DNA of 23,378 nt from Aquificaceae bacterium (GTDB taxonomy: Bacteria > Aquificota > Aquificia > Aquificales > Aquificaceae): assembly GCA_041640635.1 (NCBI GenBank), contig JBEPZX010000020.1:1-23378 (forward strand), in the 5' to 3' direction. Shown piece after piece: positions 7,171 through 16,706 of the stretch (position 1 is the stretch's first letter; each line of letters begins with the position of its first letter). Under the pieces are notes generated by a model. It did not search any database and had not been told where the DNA came from. It was given only the letters and a program-made list of their open reading frames with translations. Both the position numbers and the translations under genes were made by a program.

Positions 7171-9273
7171 TTATAATAATTTAATACGTATAATCTTTAA
7201 AGTGTTTTCTATAGTCTCTTGCATAGAACCATCTTTACTGAGAAGTATATATCCATTAGAAAACTCTAAATTTGCATATTTTGCCAAAAGTCCAAAGCTT
7301 ATGTATTCACCTTTCACCTTTGCACTTATCGATGGATACAGGTATATCCTTCCTTTTTCATCTTTCGCAAAATTGGAACTCTTGAACTCTATACGTGTGT
7401 TTTTATCACATTCCACCCTGATAAAGTTGCCTTTTTTTACTAAAGACACTTCACATTCATCAAGGTTTATTTGGTTATATAGTTTTTGGATAAAGTCCTC
7501 CTCCACAGGTAAGAGCTTAACGTATTCCTTTACGGTATAACACTCATCAAACACAGCGTAGGGACACTCTTGCTTACAGTAGTTATGATCTATCTTATCA
7601 AAAAGCACATCTATAGCTGAGCCTTTCGATGGTAAAATGTTTTCTTCTCCTATTACCTCTATGAGCCCAGCTTTGGCAAATAGGTTTTTAACTGTTCCCT
7701 TTAGGTTTACAAACACTACGTTTACGCTTTTACTTTTTGTGTTCTTTATAAAATCATAAAGTGTTTCCATAGCTGTTGTATCAACGGAGTTTATCCCTTC
7801 TCCGTCTATCACGAAGTGTTTTAGAGCTGGTTTTTGCTTTATCATTTGTTCAAAGTCTTCTATCACGTTTTCCACGTTAGCATAGTACAAAGATGCTTCT
7901 GGTCTTACTATGGTTATTTGAGGACACTCTGGTAGGTTGTTAGCTTGAGCGTTTACAAAAGTCTTGCTCTTTGGATCTCTTGTTAAAGATACGATACGTG
8001 GGTATAGGCTGTTCCAAAGAAATAAAGCCAGTGCCAGGAGCATGCCTATGAGTATGGCAAAGTCAGGTCTCGTTATGAACGCAAAAGCGAAGGTAAATAC
8101 GGAGGCTATAGCATCAAATCTGTTTGTGTACCAAAGCTTCCTAAAGTATTGTATCCTTATAATGCCAATAACTGCCGATATCACAAGTGCCGCCAATGTG
8201 GCTTTTGGTAGGTAATAAAGAAGAGGTGCAAAGAGAAAAAGTGTAAATATAACAAACAAAGCAGATACTACACTTGATAAATTGGTTACAGCTCCAGCTT
8301 GAAGGTTCAGAGCGGATCTAGAGAAAGAACCACTAATAGGAAAACCTTTAAAAAACGAGCTTGCTATATTAGCCAAGCCCTGTGCTATCAAATCTTGATT
8401 TGTATCAACTTTTGTACCAGTTTTTAAAGCTATTATCTTCGACATAGAGTAAGACTCCATAAAGCCGATAATGGAAATTATCAGTGCGCCTGGAAGTAGA
8501 TGTGCCACAGTCTCCATATCTAAGTTAGCAAAGTCCGGGAACGATGGCAAAGGCAAGCCCGATGGTATATCTCCAATTACTGCTATACCGTAAGACTGAA
8601 AATCAAAAGCATAAGACAAAAAGGTAAATAACACAACCGCTGCTAAAGCAGAAGGGAAGTTCTTGTGAATCTTTCTCAATCCAACTATTACCACAAAGGA
8701 TCCTAAACCAACTATCAATGTGTATGGGTTAGTGTGTATTAGGTTTTTTGCTATCTCGTAGAAATTTTGGAAAACATAAGTTTTTTGTTCCACCTTTATT
8801 CCTAGGAATGATGGAACCTGTGTAGAGGCGATTATTATCGCTGCCGCACTAGAATACCCTACGACAACGGCGTTAGAAACAAACCTTAGCAAGAATCCAA
8901 GTTTGAAAAGTCCCATAATTAACCTTATTATTCCAACTAGAAAAGCCATTATTATGGCGTAATCTATGAATGCTGGATCGCTGGGTTTTACAAAGGTAAT
9001 TAAAGCACCATAGGTTAAAAATGATGTAATGGCGACAGGACCTATGGCTATTTGAGGTGTAGCTTGAAAAATTGCCGCCACTATCAAAGGTATAGAAGCA
9101 GCATAGAGCCCATAAACAGGTGGGAGACCAGCCACCAAAGCGTAAGCCATAGCTTGAGGAACTAATACTACGGCTACCGTAAGACCTGCTATTAGATCTT
9201 TGGGTAAGTGCTCTTTTTTGTAGTTTCTTAGTTGTGAAAGCAAAGGCGCATAGCCAAGTTTCGAACTGTCCAT
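7171..9273 (-). CDS. SulP/SLC26 anion transporter with STAS domain and C-terminal extension (copy 2)
   Basis: 700 aa with the same signatures as copy 1 and colinear with it (offset 2160 nt). Confidence 0.93.
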   Translation of the reverse strand: MDSSKLGYAPLLSQLRNYKKEHLPKDLIAGLTVAVVLVPQAMAYALVAGLPPVYGLYAASIPLIVAAIFQATPQIAIGPVAITSFLTYGALITFVKPSDPAFIDYAIIMAFLVGIIRLIMGLFKLGFLLRFVSNAVVVGYSSAAAIIIASTQVPSFLGIKVEQKTYVFQNFYEIAKNLIHTNPYTLIVGLGSFVVIVGLRKIHKNFPSALAAVVLFTFLSYAFDFQSYGIAVIGDIPSGLPLPSFPDFANLDMETVAHLLPGALIISIIGFMESYSMSKIIALKTGTKVDTNQDLIAQGLANIASSFFKGFPISGSFSRSALNLQAGAVTNLSSVVSALFVIFTLFLFAPLLYYLPKATLAALVISAVIGIIRIQYFRKLWYTNRFDAIASVFTFAFAFITRPDFAILIGMLLALALFLWNSLYPRIVSLTRDPKSKTFVNAQANNLPECPQITIVRPEASLYYANVENVIEDFEQMIKQKPALKHFVIDGEGINSVDTTAMETLYDFIKNTKSKSVNVVFVNLKGTVKNLFAKAGLIEVIGEENILPSKGSAIDVLFDKIDHNYCKQECPYAVFDECYTVKEYVKLLPVEEDFIQKLYNQINLDECEVSLVKKGNFIRVECDKNTRIEFKSSNFAKDEKGRIYLYPSISAKVKGEYISFGLLAKYANLEFSNGYILLSKDGSMQETIENTLKIIRIKLL

Positions 9274-9302
9274 ATAATGGTATATTATTACAAAAAACTT
9301 AA

Positions 9303-10145
9303 CTATGCGTAGCTTTCTAAGTAAAGCTTGGCAACCTCTTTTGCCAAATTGTTCATCCTTCTTATGTATCTTGCCCTTTCTTGGACGGATATGACGCCTC
9401 TGGCGTCTAAGAGATTAAAGGTATGCGAACACTTGAGCAGATAATCGTAAGAAGGCAAAACCAAACCTTCCTGAATTAACCTCTTACACTCCTCTTCGTA
9501 AAGCTGATAGAGTTTAAACAGAGTATCTGGATCGGATTTTTCGAAATTGTAGGTGCTCCACTCATACTCGGCTTTTTTGAAAACTTCTCCGTAAGTTAAA
9601 TTTTCGTTCCACTTTATGTCAAATACACTATCCACATCCTGAAGATACATAGCTATCCTTTCAAGTCCATAGGTTATCTCAACAGAAATCTCGTCCAGAT
9701 CTATCCCACCCGCTTGCTGAAAGTAGGTAAACTGCGTTATTTCCATACCATCGAGCCACACTTCCCAACCTAGTCCCCAAGCACCCAACGTGGGAGACTC
9801 CCAGTCGTCTTCCACAAAGCGTATATCGTGAAAAGAAGGATCTATTCCCAAAGCCTTTAAACTATCTAAGTATATCTCCTGTGGATTATCTGGAGCTGGT
9901 TTTAGGATCACTTGAAACTGAAAGTAGTGCTGCAATCTGTTTGGGTTTTCGCCGTATCGCCCATCCTTTGGTCTTCTTGATGGTTCAACGTATGCCACGT
10001 TCCAAGGTTTTTTACCAAGCACCTTCAAAAAGGTAGCGGGGTTCATGGTTCCAGCACCAGTCTCTATGTCATATGGCTGCCATACGGCGCAGCCTCTTTC
10101 TGCCCAGAATCCGTGTAAGGTCATTATTATGTCTTGGAAGTACAT
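9303..10145 (-). CDS. glyQ: Glycyl-tRNA synthetase alpha subunit
   Basis: [48 protein letters not shown]. Start placed at MYFQD (10145) rather than track 10154, matching the usual MxFQ N-terminus. Confidence 0.97.
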   Translation of the reverse strand: MYFQDIIMTLHGFWAERGCAVWQPYDIETGAGTMNPATFLKVLGKKPWNVAYVEPSRRPKDGRYGENPNRLQHYFQFQVILKPAPDNPQEIYLDSLKALGIDPSFHDIRFVEDDWESPTLGAWGLGWEVWLDGMEITQFTYFQQAGGIDLDEISVEITYGLERIAMYLQDVDSVFDIKWNENLTYGEVFKKAEYEWSTYNFEKSDPDTLFKLYQLYEEECKRLIQEGLVLPSYDYLLKCSHTFNLLDARGVISVQERARYIRRMNNLAKEVAKLYLESYA

Positions 10146-10152
10146 AACAAAC

Positions 10153-10158
10153 ATTATA
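10153..10158 (-). promoter_or_regulatory. -10 box for glyQ, predicted leaderless
   Basis: TATAAT 7 nt upstream of ATG 10145, no SD. A TTGACG lies 21 nt further up, too far for a canonical -35. Confidence 0.55.
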
Positions 10159-10247
10159 AAAACTCTTATTGATCTAAATCGTCAAAATTACTGAACTAAG
10201 TTGTTATAAACTTTCTAAGTATAGACTTCTAATTAGGAGGTTTAGCT

Positions 10248-11564
10248 ATGAAAGAGGGATCGAGTTCGTTACTTACGCTGGCTGGTCTTATGCTTGTAAC
10301 AAGCTCTATTTGGGCTCAAGAGAGCGAAAAACCTATTGCATCTCTACCAAAGATTGACACAGGCGATACTGCATGGATAATAGTTGCAACAGCGCTTGTT
10401 ATGCTTATGACTATTCCAGGTCTTGCCATATTTTATGGAGGACTTGCAAAGAAAAAGGATACTCTCAACACAATGGCAATGTCTTTTGTTGCATTTTCTT
10501 TAGTAAGCGTTTTATGGGTTATATATGGCTATACATTTGCGTTTGGAAAGGACATAGCAGGGATTATAGGTAACACAGAAAAACTATTACTTTCAGGTAT
10601 ATATCCTCAGAGTGTAACGGATTACGCAAAGACAATACCAGAATACATATTCATTGTATTCCAACTAACATTTGCAGCAATTACCGTTGCCCTTATAAGC
10701 GGTGCATATATTGAGAGATTAAAGTTCTCCGCATGGATTATATTTTCTATACTTTGGTTCACTTTTGTATACCTTCCTGTTGCCCATTGGGTATGGGGTG
10801 GTGGCTTTCTATCACAAATGGGTGCACTCGACTTTGCCGGAGGGACCGTAGTACATATCAACTCTGGTATAGCAGCACTTGTAGGTGCTATTTTGCTTGG
10901 TAGAAGAAGTGAGATGATTCTTAAACCACACAACCTAACGCTTGTTATAGTAGGTGCAGGGCTTTTATGGTTTGGGTGGTTTGGATTTAATGCTGGTTCT
11001 GCTCTTGGAGCAAACGGTATTGCGGCTGTAGCGTTTATAAATACAAATACGGCTACTGCAATGGCGGCGATCTCATGGATGTTTACTGAATGGATATTTT
11101 CAAAGAAGCCTACCGTTTTGGGTCTTGCATCAGGAGCAGTTGCGGGACTTGTTGCCATAACACCTGCGGCAGGTTTTGTCAATATCAAAGGAGCACTGAT
11201 AATAGGTCTACTGGCAGGTGTAATATCCTACTTTTCAGTAACTAAACTTAAATCAGCTCTAAAGTATGATGATGCTCTGGATGTATTTGGAATACACGGG
11301 GTGAGTGGAATAATTGGTTCAATCCTCACAGGTGTATTTGCAGACCCGTCGATAAATGAATTGGGCAAAGGACTCCTCTATGGTAACGCAGGACAATTGT
11401 TTGTCCAGTTATTATCTGTTGGTGTTGTAATAATATATAACTTAGTGGTAACATCAATTATATTCTTTGTCGTTAAATTAATAAGCGGTCTAAGAGTTGA
11501 CCATGATGATGAAATAAGAGGACTTGATGAAAGCCAGCATAGTGAAAAAGCGTACGACTATTAA
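10248..11564 (+). CDS. amtB: Ammonium transporter
   Basis: [43 protein letters not shown] (twin His intact); signal-peptide-like N-terminus; AGGAGG SD. Confidence 0.97.
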   Translation: MKEGSSSLLTLAGLMLVTSSIWAQESEKPIASLPKIDTGDTAWIIVATALVMLMTIPGLAIFYGGLAKKKDTLNTMAMSFVAFSLVSVLWVIYGYTFAFGKDIAGIIGNTEKLLLSGIYPQSVTDYAKTIPEYIFIVFQLTFAAITVALISGAYIERLKFSAWIIFSILWFTFVYLPVAHWVWGGGFLSQMGALDFAGGTVVHINSGIAALVGAILLGRRSEMILKPHNLTLVIVGAGLLWFGWFGFNAGSALGANGIAAVAFINTNTATAMAAISWMFTEWIFSKKPTVLGLASGAVAGLVAITPAAGFVNIKGALIIGLLAGVISYFSVTKLKSALKYDDALDVFGIHGVSGIIGSILTGVFADPSINELGKGLLYGNAGQLFVQLLSVGVVIIYNLVVTSIIFFVVKLISGLRVDHDDEIRGLDESQHSEKAYDY

Positions 11565-11578
11565 ATAACATGAAAATT

Positions 11579-11602
11579 GGGGCAGCTAATGCCCCTTCGT
11601 TT
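11579..11602. terminator. Probable bidirectional intrinsic terminator between convergent amtB and DUF167 genes
   Basis: GGGGCA-gctaa-TGCCCC hairpin (11579-11595) followed by TTCGTTT on + and AATTTT on -. Confidence 0.6.
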
Positions 11603-11843
11603 AGTGTTTTATTACCTTCAGGATTTTACTTTTACTTTTTTCACCTCTAACTATAGAGACGTTAGATTTAGGAACATTAAAGTAGCTTGCTACCAATTCA
11701 ATAACCCTCTTGTTTGCTTTGCCTTCTTGTGGCGGTTCTTTTACAGCAATTTCCAACTCGTTGCTTGATAATTCCTTTATCTCTTCCCTTTTTGCGTTCG
11801 GTTTGACTTTTACTGTTACTGTGATTTCCCTAGTCATCGCCAT
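11601..11843 (-). CDS. DUF167/YggU family protein
   Basis: VKVKPNAK, VKEPPQEGKAN, GEKSKSK pattern; AGGA SD. Confidence 0.9.
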   Translation of the reverse strand: MAMTREITVTVKVKPNAKREEIKELSSNELEIAVKEPPQEGKANKRVIELVASYFNVPKSNVSIVRGEKSKSKILKVIKH

Positions 11844-11882
11844 GTTCCTAATTAATCTTTGGAGTTTATAATCAATATTATT

Positions 11883-13136
11883 ATGGCTATTATAGTTTTT
11901 TTACTTGTGTTTTTTACCTTTTCCTTTTCGAAGATATACGTAGCTAAATGGGAAGATGCCATCACTCCTACAACGGAGAACTACATAAAGAGAGCCATAG
12001 AAAAAGCGGAAAAAGATAGAGCAAACTTGTTTATATTGGAACTCAACACCCCAGGTGGTTTAGAATCCTCCATGAGGACAATAATCCAAGCGTTCCAAAG
12101 GACAGCTTTGCCTGTCGTGGTATACGTTTACCCACCTGGAGGAAGGGCAGCTTCGGCTGGAGCCATTATTACGGCAGCAGCGGATGTAGCAGCTATGGCA
12201 CCCGGAACCAATATAGGAGCTGCTCATCCAGTGCAAATGGGACAACAACAAGATAAAGTTATGACAGAAAAGGTTCTTCAGGATATGTTGGCTTTTGTTA
12301 GAAGTATAGCAAAAGAGAAGGGAAGAAACGAAAAAATCTTAGAAAGAATGGTGAAGGAAAGCATATCCCTTACACCGGAAGAGGCATTGGAAAACAATGT
12401 AATAGACTTGATAGCGGCAAATAGGGAAGATTTGCTCAAAAAGTTAAACGGGAAAGTAATCAAAAAGCACGGAACACAAATACAGATAAGCACACAAGGT
12501 GTAGAAGTGGTAGAAGTAGGAAGCAGTTTAAGAGAAGAATTTCTAAAGGTTGTGACCAATCCAACGGTTGCCTATATGCTACTCCTTATAGGCTTTTATG
12601 GCATATTCTTTGAGCTTTACAACCCTGGTGCCATAATTCCCGGCACTGTAGGAGTGATTTCTTTAATCTTGGGACTGTATGGACTTGGTGTCATAGGTAT
12701 AAACTGGCTTGGTTTGTTGTTAGTAGCCGCAGGGGTGCTGTTGCTTGCTTTGGAGGTGATAACACCTACCTTTGGAGGATTAGCTATAGCTGGGACTATA
12801 GCTTTGGCGCTGGGCTCTTTTATTCTTGTGAGTCCTGACTCTCCATACGGACAGATTCCTATATCCGTTATACTTGCCATGGTGCTCGTTAGCCTTGGGT
12901 TTTTCTTATTCGCCGGAAGGCTTGGATTGCAAGCCCAAAGAAGAAAAAAGATGTTAGGTGTTGAAGAAATTTTAGAGAAAGAAGGTGAGGCTCTGGTAGA
13001 TTTCGTTAATGGAAAAGGAAAAATTTTTATTCACGGTGAAATATGGCTTGCAAGTAGCAAAGACCAGATAAAGAAAGGAGACAAAGTAAAAGTAATCAAA
13101 GCCGAAGGCTTAGTCCTTGAAGTGGTCAAAGCCTGA
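11883..13136 (+). CDS. nfeD: NfeD long form, membrane-bound ClpP-class serine protease
   Basis: LNTPGG, AASAG, AMAPGTNIGAAHPV, transmembrane block, C-terminal OB fold (IHGEIWLA). ATG 11883 preferred over track TTG 11859. Confidence 0.9.
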   Translation: MAIIVFLLVFFTFSFSKIYVAKWEDAITPTTENYIKRAIEKAEKDRANLFILELNTPGGLESSMRTIIQAFQRTALPVVVYVYPPGGRAASAGAIITAAADVAAMAPGTNIGAAHPVQMGQQQDKVMTEKVLQDMLAFVRSIAKEKGRNEKILERMVKESISLTPEEALENNVIDLIAANREDLLKKLNGKVIKKHGTQIQISTQGVEVVEVGSSLREEFLKVVTNPTVAYMLLLIGFYGIFFELYNPGAIIPGTVGVISLILGLYGLGVIGINWLGLLLVAAGVLLLALEVITPTFGGLAIAGTIALALGSFILVSPDSPYGQIPISVILAMVLVSLGFFLFAGRLGLQAQRRKKMLGVEEILEKEGEALVDFVNGKGKIFIHGEIWLASSKDQIKKGDKVKVIKAEGLVLEVVKA

Positions 13137-14033
13137 TGGAATGAGTTTTTCACTGTCTATATACACATCCTGTCCTTCTTTTACGTAACCTATTAGGCTC
13201 ATATCCAAAAAGGGATTCATTCTTTCCACAGGATGAGTAAATAAAAGCTGGTAATCTTCTCCACCTTCTAAGGCGTAATCGTAGGGGTCTTTGCCATGTT
13301 TTTTACAAAACTGTATTAATTCGTTGGAAATAGGCAGGGCTTCCTTTTTAATCTCGATTTTTACGTTGCTTCTTTGGGAAAGCTTGTAGAGGTCAGACGA
13401 CAAACCATCGCTTATGTCCATGCTAGCATTCGCATACTTTTTTATGTGCTTTAGGTAATCTATCCTTGCGGTAGGTCTTATATGCCTTTCTACGAGAGCT
13501 AACTCAAACTCTTCGTAGCTTTTCCTTTGCATAAGCAGAAGCTCCAAACCTGCCTTTGAGTCTCCCAGTGTTCCAGAAACAAAGACACCATCACCAACCT
13601 TTGCAGTGCTTCTTCCCACAAACCTCTCCGTTTGTCCTACCAAGAAAACATCTATACCTATTTTTTCAGCCTTGCTTACGTTGCCACCTACTACCTCACA
13701 TCTGTAAAAATCACAAGCTGTTTTTATCCCTCTGTAGATGTCTTCTACGTAAGAAACCTTTATGTCTGGCAAAAGCAGAGATACAAGAGCCCACTTGGGT
13801 TCTCCACCGTTTGCCACGATATCGCTTACATTCACACTTATAGCCTTCCAACCTACAGCTTGCGGGGGGTAGAATCTCTTAAAATGCCTGTCTTCCAAGA
13901 GAATGTCCGTAGTGAGAAGCAAATCAGTAGAACCTAAATTTACGCAAGCTGTGTCATCTCCAATGTAGGCAGAGTTTAAAATACCTTTTAGTCTCTCTAT
14001 TAAACCAAATTCACCTATTTGGGATATGTTCAT
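13110..14033 (-). CDS. thiL: Thiamine-monophosphate kinase
   Basis: GEFGLI, IGDDTA, VNVSDIVANGG, MDISDGL, GGEDYQL, GFDHF. Convergent 27-nt overlap with nfeD. Confidence 0.95.
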   Translation of the reverse strand: MNISQIGEFGLIERLKGILNSAYIGDDTACVNLGSTDLLLTTDILLEDRHFKRFYPPQAVGWKAISVNVSDIVANGGEPKWALVSLLLPDIKVSYVEDIYRGIKTACDFYRCEVVGGNVSKAEKIGIDVFLVGQTERFVGRSTAKVGDGVFVSGTLGDSKAGLELLLMQRKSYEEFELALVERHIRPTARIDYLKHIKKYANASMDISDGLSSDLYKLSQRSNVKIEIKKEALPISNELIQFCKKHGKDPYDYALEGGEDYQLLFTHPVERMNPFLDMSLIGYVKEGQDVYIDSEKLIPSGFDHFKD

Positions 14034-14272
14034 TCCATAAACACTTGACCTTCTATGGGTTGAACTTCTACACCCTTTTCTTGCATAAAGGTAACGGCTC
14101 TCTCAACTTCCTCCATCTCTCCTTCCATTTCCACAGTCAAAATACCTGTATCTTTTGTAACCTTTGCCGTTCTTATGTTTACAACCACATCAAAGTTTTT
14201 GCAAACCATACACAGAATAGGTTCCTTTACCTTATCTTCAGGGTATATAAGTTGTAATCTCAAAACATTCAT
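14030..14272 (-). CDS. Stand-alone NIL-domain protein
   Basis: LIYPEDKVKEPIL...FDVVVNIRTAKV...GILTVEMEG...GVEV matches the NIL pattern; ATGA overlap with thiL. Start at 14272 (or 14275). Confidence 0.8.
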   Translation of the reverse strand: MNVLRLQLIYPEDKVKEPILCMVCKNFDVVVNIRTAKVTKDTGILTVEMEGEMEEVERAVTFMQEKGVEVQPIEGQVFME

Positions 14273-14288
14273 CATTAAAATTATAATA
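14252..14288. promoter_or_regulatory. Bidirectional promoter with overlapping -10 hexamers
   Basis: + strand TTGTAA(14252-57)-18-TAAAAT(14276-81)-7-GTG(14289); - strand TATAAT(14285-80)-7-ATG(14272). Confidence 0.6.
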
Positions 14289-14687
14289 GTGCTATACAAA
14301 AGACGTGTGCAGTTTTACGAAACGGACTCTCAAGGCATCGTTCATCACTCCAACTATCCCAGATACTTCGAAGAAAGTAGAGGAGAGTTGCTAAGGTCTT
14401 TGGGCATGCCTTACTCTTATCTGAGGACCTTGGGATACGAAGTGGTTTTAGTTGAGCTCTACTGCCAATTTAAAAAGCCCTGTTTCTACGATGAAGTTTT
14501 GGACATTTACGTAAATCTGAGTGAGCTAAATAAGTACTTTTTTTCTTTTTCTTACCAGGTGATGGTAGAAAGTGAATCCAGAGTTTTTGGGAAGACAAAG
14601 CACGCCCTTTTGAAAGATGGAAAAATGATTAGTATCGGAGGGCAGATAAAGGATGTCTTGGAAAGAGCAGCAAGGTCTAGACCCTGA
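14289..14687 (+). CDS. YbgC/FadM-family acyl-CoA thioesterase (hot-dog fold)
   Basis: RVQFYETDSQGIVHHSNYPRYFEESR motif. GTG 14289 gives a typical 132 aa, whereas the track start 14175 would overlap the NIL gene. Confidence 0.88.
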   Translation: MLYKRRVQFYETDSQGIVHHSNYPRYFEESRGELLRSLGMPYSYLRTLGYEVVLVELYCQFKKPCFYDEVLDIYVNLSELNKYFFSFSYQVMVESESRVFGKTKHALLKDGKMISIGGQIKDVLERAARSRP

Positions 14688-14976
14688 GGTGTTAAGAGAG
14701 GTTGCCTCTGTAGGTGGGTATTACGGAAAAAAGATAGAGTATTATGCCAGCAGAAAAAGAAGAGTAGAAAAAGCCCTAATTTACCTAAGAGGTAGGTTGT
14801 TTAAGTATAGCTGTCCAGTGTTTAGCATACGGCAAATTGTTAGATTAAGAAAGGAGCTAAAAGCCACGCAAAAGGAGTTAGAAAAATACGTTTACTACAT
14901 GATAGTTTACAGAGAAGCCATAGGGCTTACCAATCACAAAAGTATGTATAAGGTTTACAATTTATCTAATGATTGA
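14653..14976 (+). CDS. Hypothetical basic, probably helical protein
   Basis: 107 aa ORF filling the gap in a same-strand operon and overlapping both neighbours; purine-rich SD-like sequence upstream. Confidence 0.7.
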   Translation: MSWKEQQGLDPEVLREVASVGGYYGKKIEYYASRKRRVEKALIYLRGRLFKYSCPVFSIRQIVRLRKELKATQKELEKYVYYMIVYREAIGLTNHKSMYKVYNLSND

Positions 14977-15853
14977 AACAAACGTACCTCTGAAGGAGTT
15001 CACTACTATAAAGGTTGGTGGGATAGCCAAGTATTTCGCAAGACCAAAGGATAAAAAAGACTTAGTAGAATACCTCAAGATAGCAAATGACAAAGGTATA
15101 AACGTATACATACTTGGGAAAGGTGCCAATACTATCTTTGGTGATTTTGATGGAGTAGTTTTGCACACCAAGCATTTAGGGGAGATCCAAATAAAGGAGC
15201 TTGAAAGGGGTCTTTATGTAAAAGCCCAGTGTGGGGTTTCTCTGGCAAACCTTATAAAGCTGGCTTTGTCTCAAAACTTAGAAGGTATATACAGATTAGT
15301 TGGGTTCCCCGCTACCGTTGGTGGTGCTGTGGCTATGAACGCTGGAGCCTTTGGTTACGAAATAAAGGACAACCTCTTGAGCGTGGAGTTTTTGGACTGG
15401 GAGGGAAACCTGCAGGTGGCAAACGCAAAAGATTTAGAGTTCCTTTATAGGAAATCACCTTTTCCAGATAATGGAATCCTTTTGTCCGCTGAGTTTTTCT
15501 TTTATTTTGCCCAAAAACCCATAAAGGAGGAGTACGAAAAAATAAAGGAAAAGAGAGTAAAGACCCAACCTATAAACATGCCTACATCCGGTTCTACATT
15601 CAAAAATCCTCAAGGGGATTACGCAGGCAGGCTTTTGGAACTTGTGGGAATGAAAGGTTACACGTTAGGTGATATAGGTTTTTCTAATCTTCATTCCAAC
15701 TTCCTAGTAAACCTTGGGAACGCTACCTTCCAAGACGTAAAGAGAATTATAAAGGAAGCCAAAAGACGAGTATACGAAACCTTTGGAATAGAACTCCAAG
15801 AGGAGGTGAAGTTGGTTGAAAGTGGTTGTTTTGATGGGTGGAAGGTCGCATGA
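14969..15853 (+). CDS. murB: UDP-N-acetylenolpyruvoylglucosamine reductase
   Basis: TTIKVGG, PATVGGAVAMNAGA, QPINMPTSGSTFKNP, HSNFLVN, LQEEV. Confidence 0.96.
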   Translation: MIETNVPLKEFTTIKVGGIAKYFARPKDKKDLVEYLKIANDKGINVYILGKGANTIFGDFDGVVLHTKHLGEIQIKELERGLYVKAQCGVSLANLIKLALSQNLEGIYRLVGFPATVGGAVAMNAGAFGYEIKDNLLSVEFLDWEGNLQVANAKDLEFLYRKSPFPDNGILLSAEFFFYFAQKPIKEEYEKIKEKRVKTQPINMPTSGSTFKNPQGDYAGRLLELVGMKGYTLGDIGFSNLHSNFLVNLGNATFQDVKRIIKEAKRRVYETFGIELQEEVKLVESGCFDGWKVA

Positions 15854-16682
15854 AAGAGAGATTTCTCTGCTCTCCGGCAGAGCCATTTTGGAAGCCATAA
15901 AAAGGCTTGGGCATGAGGCTATAGCCTTAGATTTGGATGAAAACATATGCCAAAACCTAAAGGATATAAAGCCTGACAAGGTTTTTATAGCTTTGCATGG
16001 AACGTATGGAGAAGACGGGCGCATTCAGGGGCTTTTGGACACTTTAGGTATACCTTACGTAGGCACAGGGGTTTTGGGAAGTGCACTCGCTATGGACAAA
16101 GATATAACCAAGAAAGTGCTCGCCTTTCATGGCATACCTACACCTAGATGGGTATGCGTAAAAGAAGACACTCAAGCTCTCTGGGATACTCTTCCAGCTA
16201 TAGTAAAACCAGCTGACCAGGGCTCGAGCGTAGGTCTCTACGTTGCAAAGGACAAAGATCAGTTGAAAACCGCTATAGAAGATGTTCGAAAAATAAGCAA
16301 AAAGGTCCTAATAGAGGAGTTTATAGATGGGCAAGATGTAACCGTTGGAATACTAAAAGGTAAAGCTTTGCCACCACTCCAAATAATCCCCAAAAAAGGC
16401 ATATACGATTACGAGAGTAAGTACACAAAAGGTATGAGTGAGTATGTATTTGTAGAAGATCAAGATCTAACAGAAACACTTCAAGATATAGCTCTGAAGA
16501 TTTTTGAGATTCTGGAACTAAAGGATATAGCGCGCATTGATTTTAGAGTTTCCAAAGAAGGAAAACCTTACGTCTTGGAGGTAAACACAATTCCTGGAAT
16601 GACGGAACTAAGTCTCTTTCCTATGGCTTGTAAAAAAATTGGACTTGATTTTGATCAAATAATTGATATTTTGTTAAAATAA
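15816..16682 (+). CDS. ddl: D-alanine--D-alanine ligase
   Basis: MGGRSHEREISL, LHGTYGEDG, GSSVG, YDYESKY (Tyr omega loop), EVNTIPG. TTG start with AGGAGGTGA SD inside murB. Confidence 0.96.
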   Translation: MKVVVLMGGRSHEREISLLSGRAILEAIKRLGHEAIALDLDENICQNLKDIKPDKVFIALHGTYGEDGRIQGLLDTLGIPYVGTGVLGSALAMDKDITKKVLAFHGIPTPRWVCVKEDTQALWDTLPAIVKPADQGSSVGLYVAKDKDQLKTAIEDVRKISKKVLIEEFIDGQDVTVGILKGKALPPLQIIPKKGIYDYESKYTKGMSEYVFVEDQDLTETLQDIALKIFEILELKDIARIDFRVSKEGKPYVLEVNTIPGMTELSLFPMACKKIGLDFDQIIDILLK

Positions 16683-16706
16683 TAACATGGAGGGGAGAAT
16701 AAAAAG

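Noticed and set aside
9303..10145. glyQ without adjacent glyS as an anomaly
   Set aside because: Unlinked alpha and beta subunit genes are common in many bacterial lineages.
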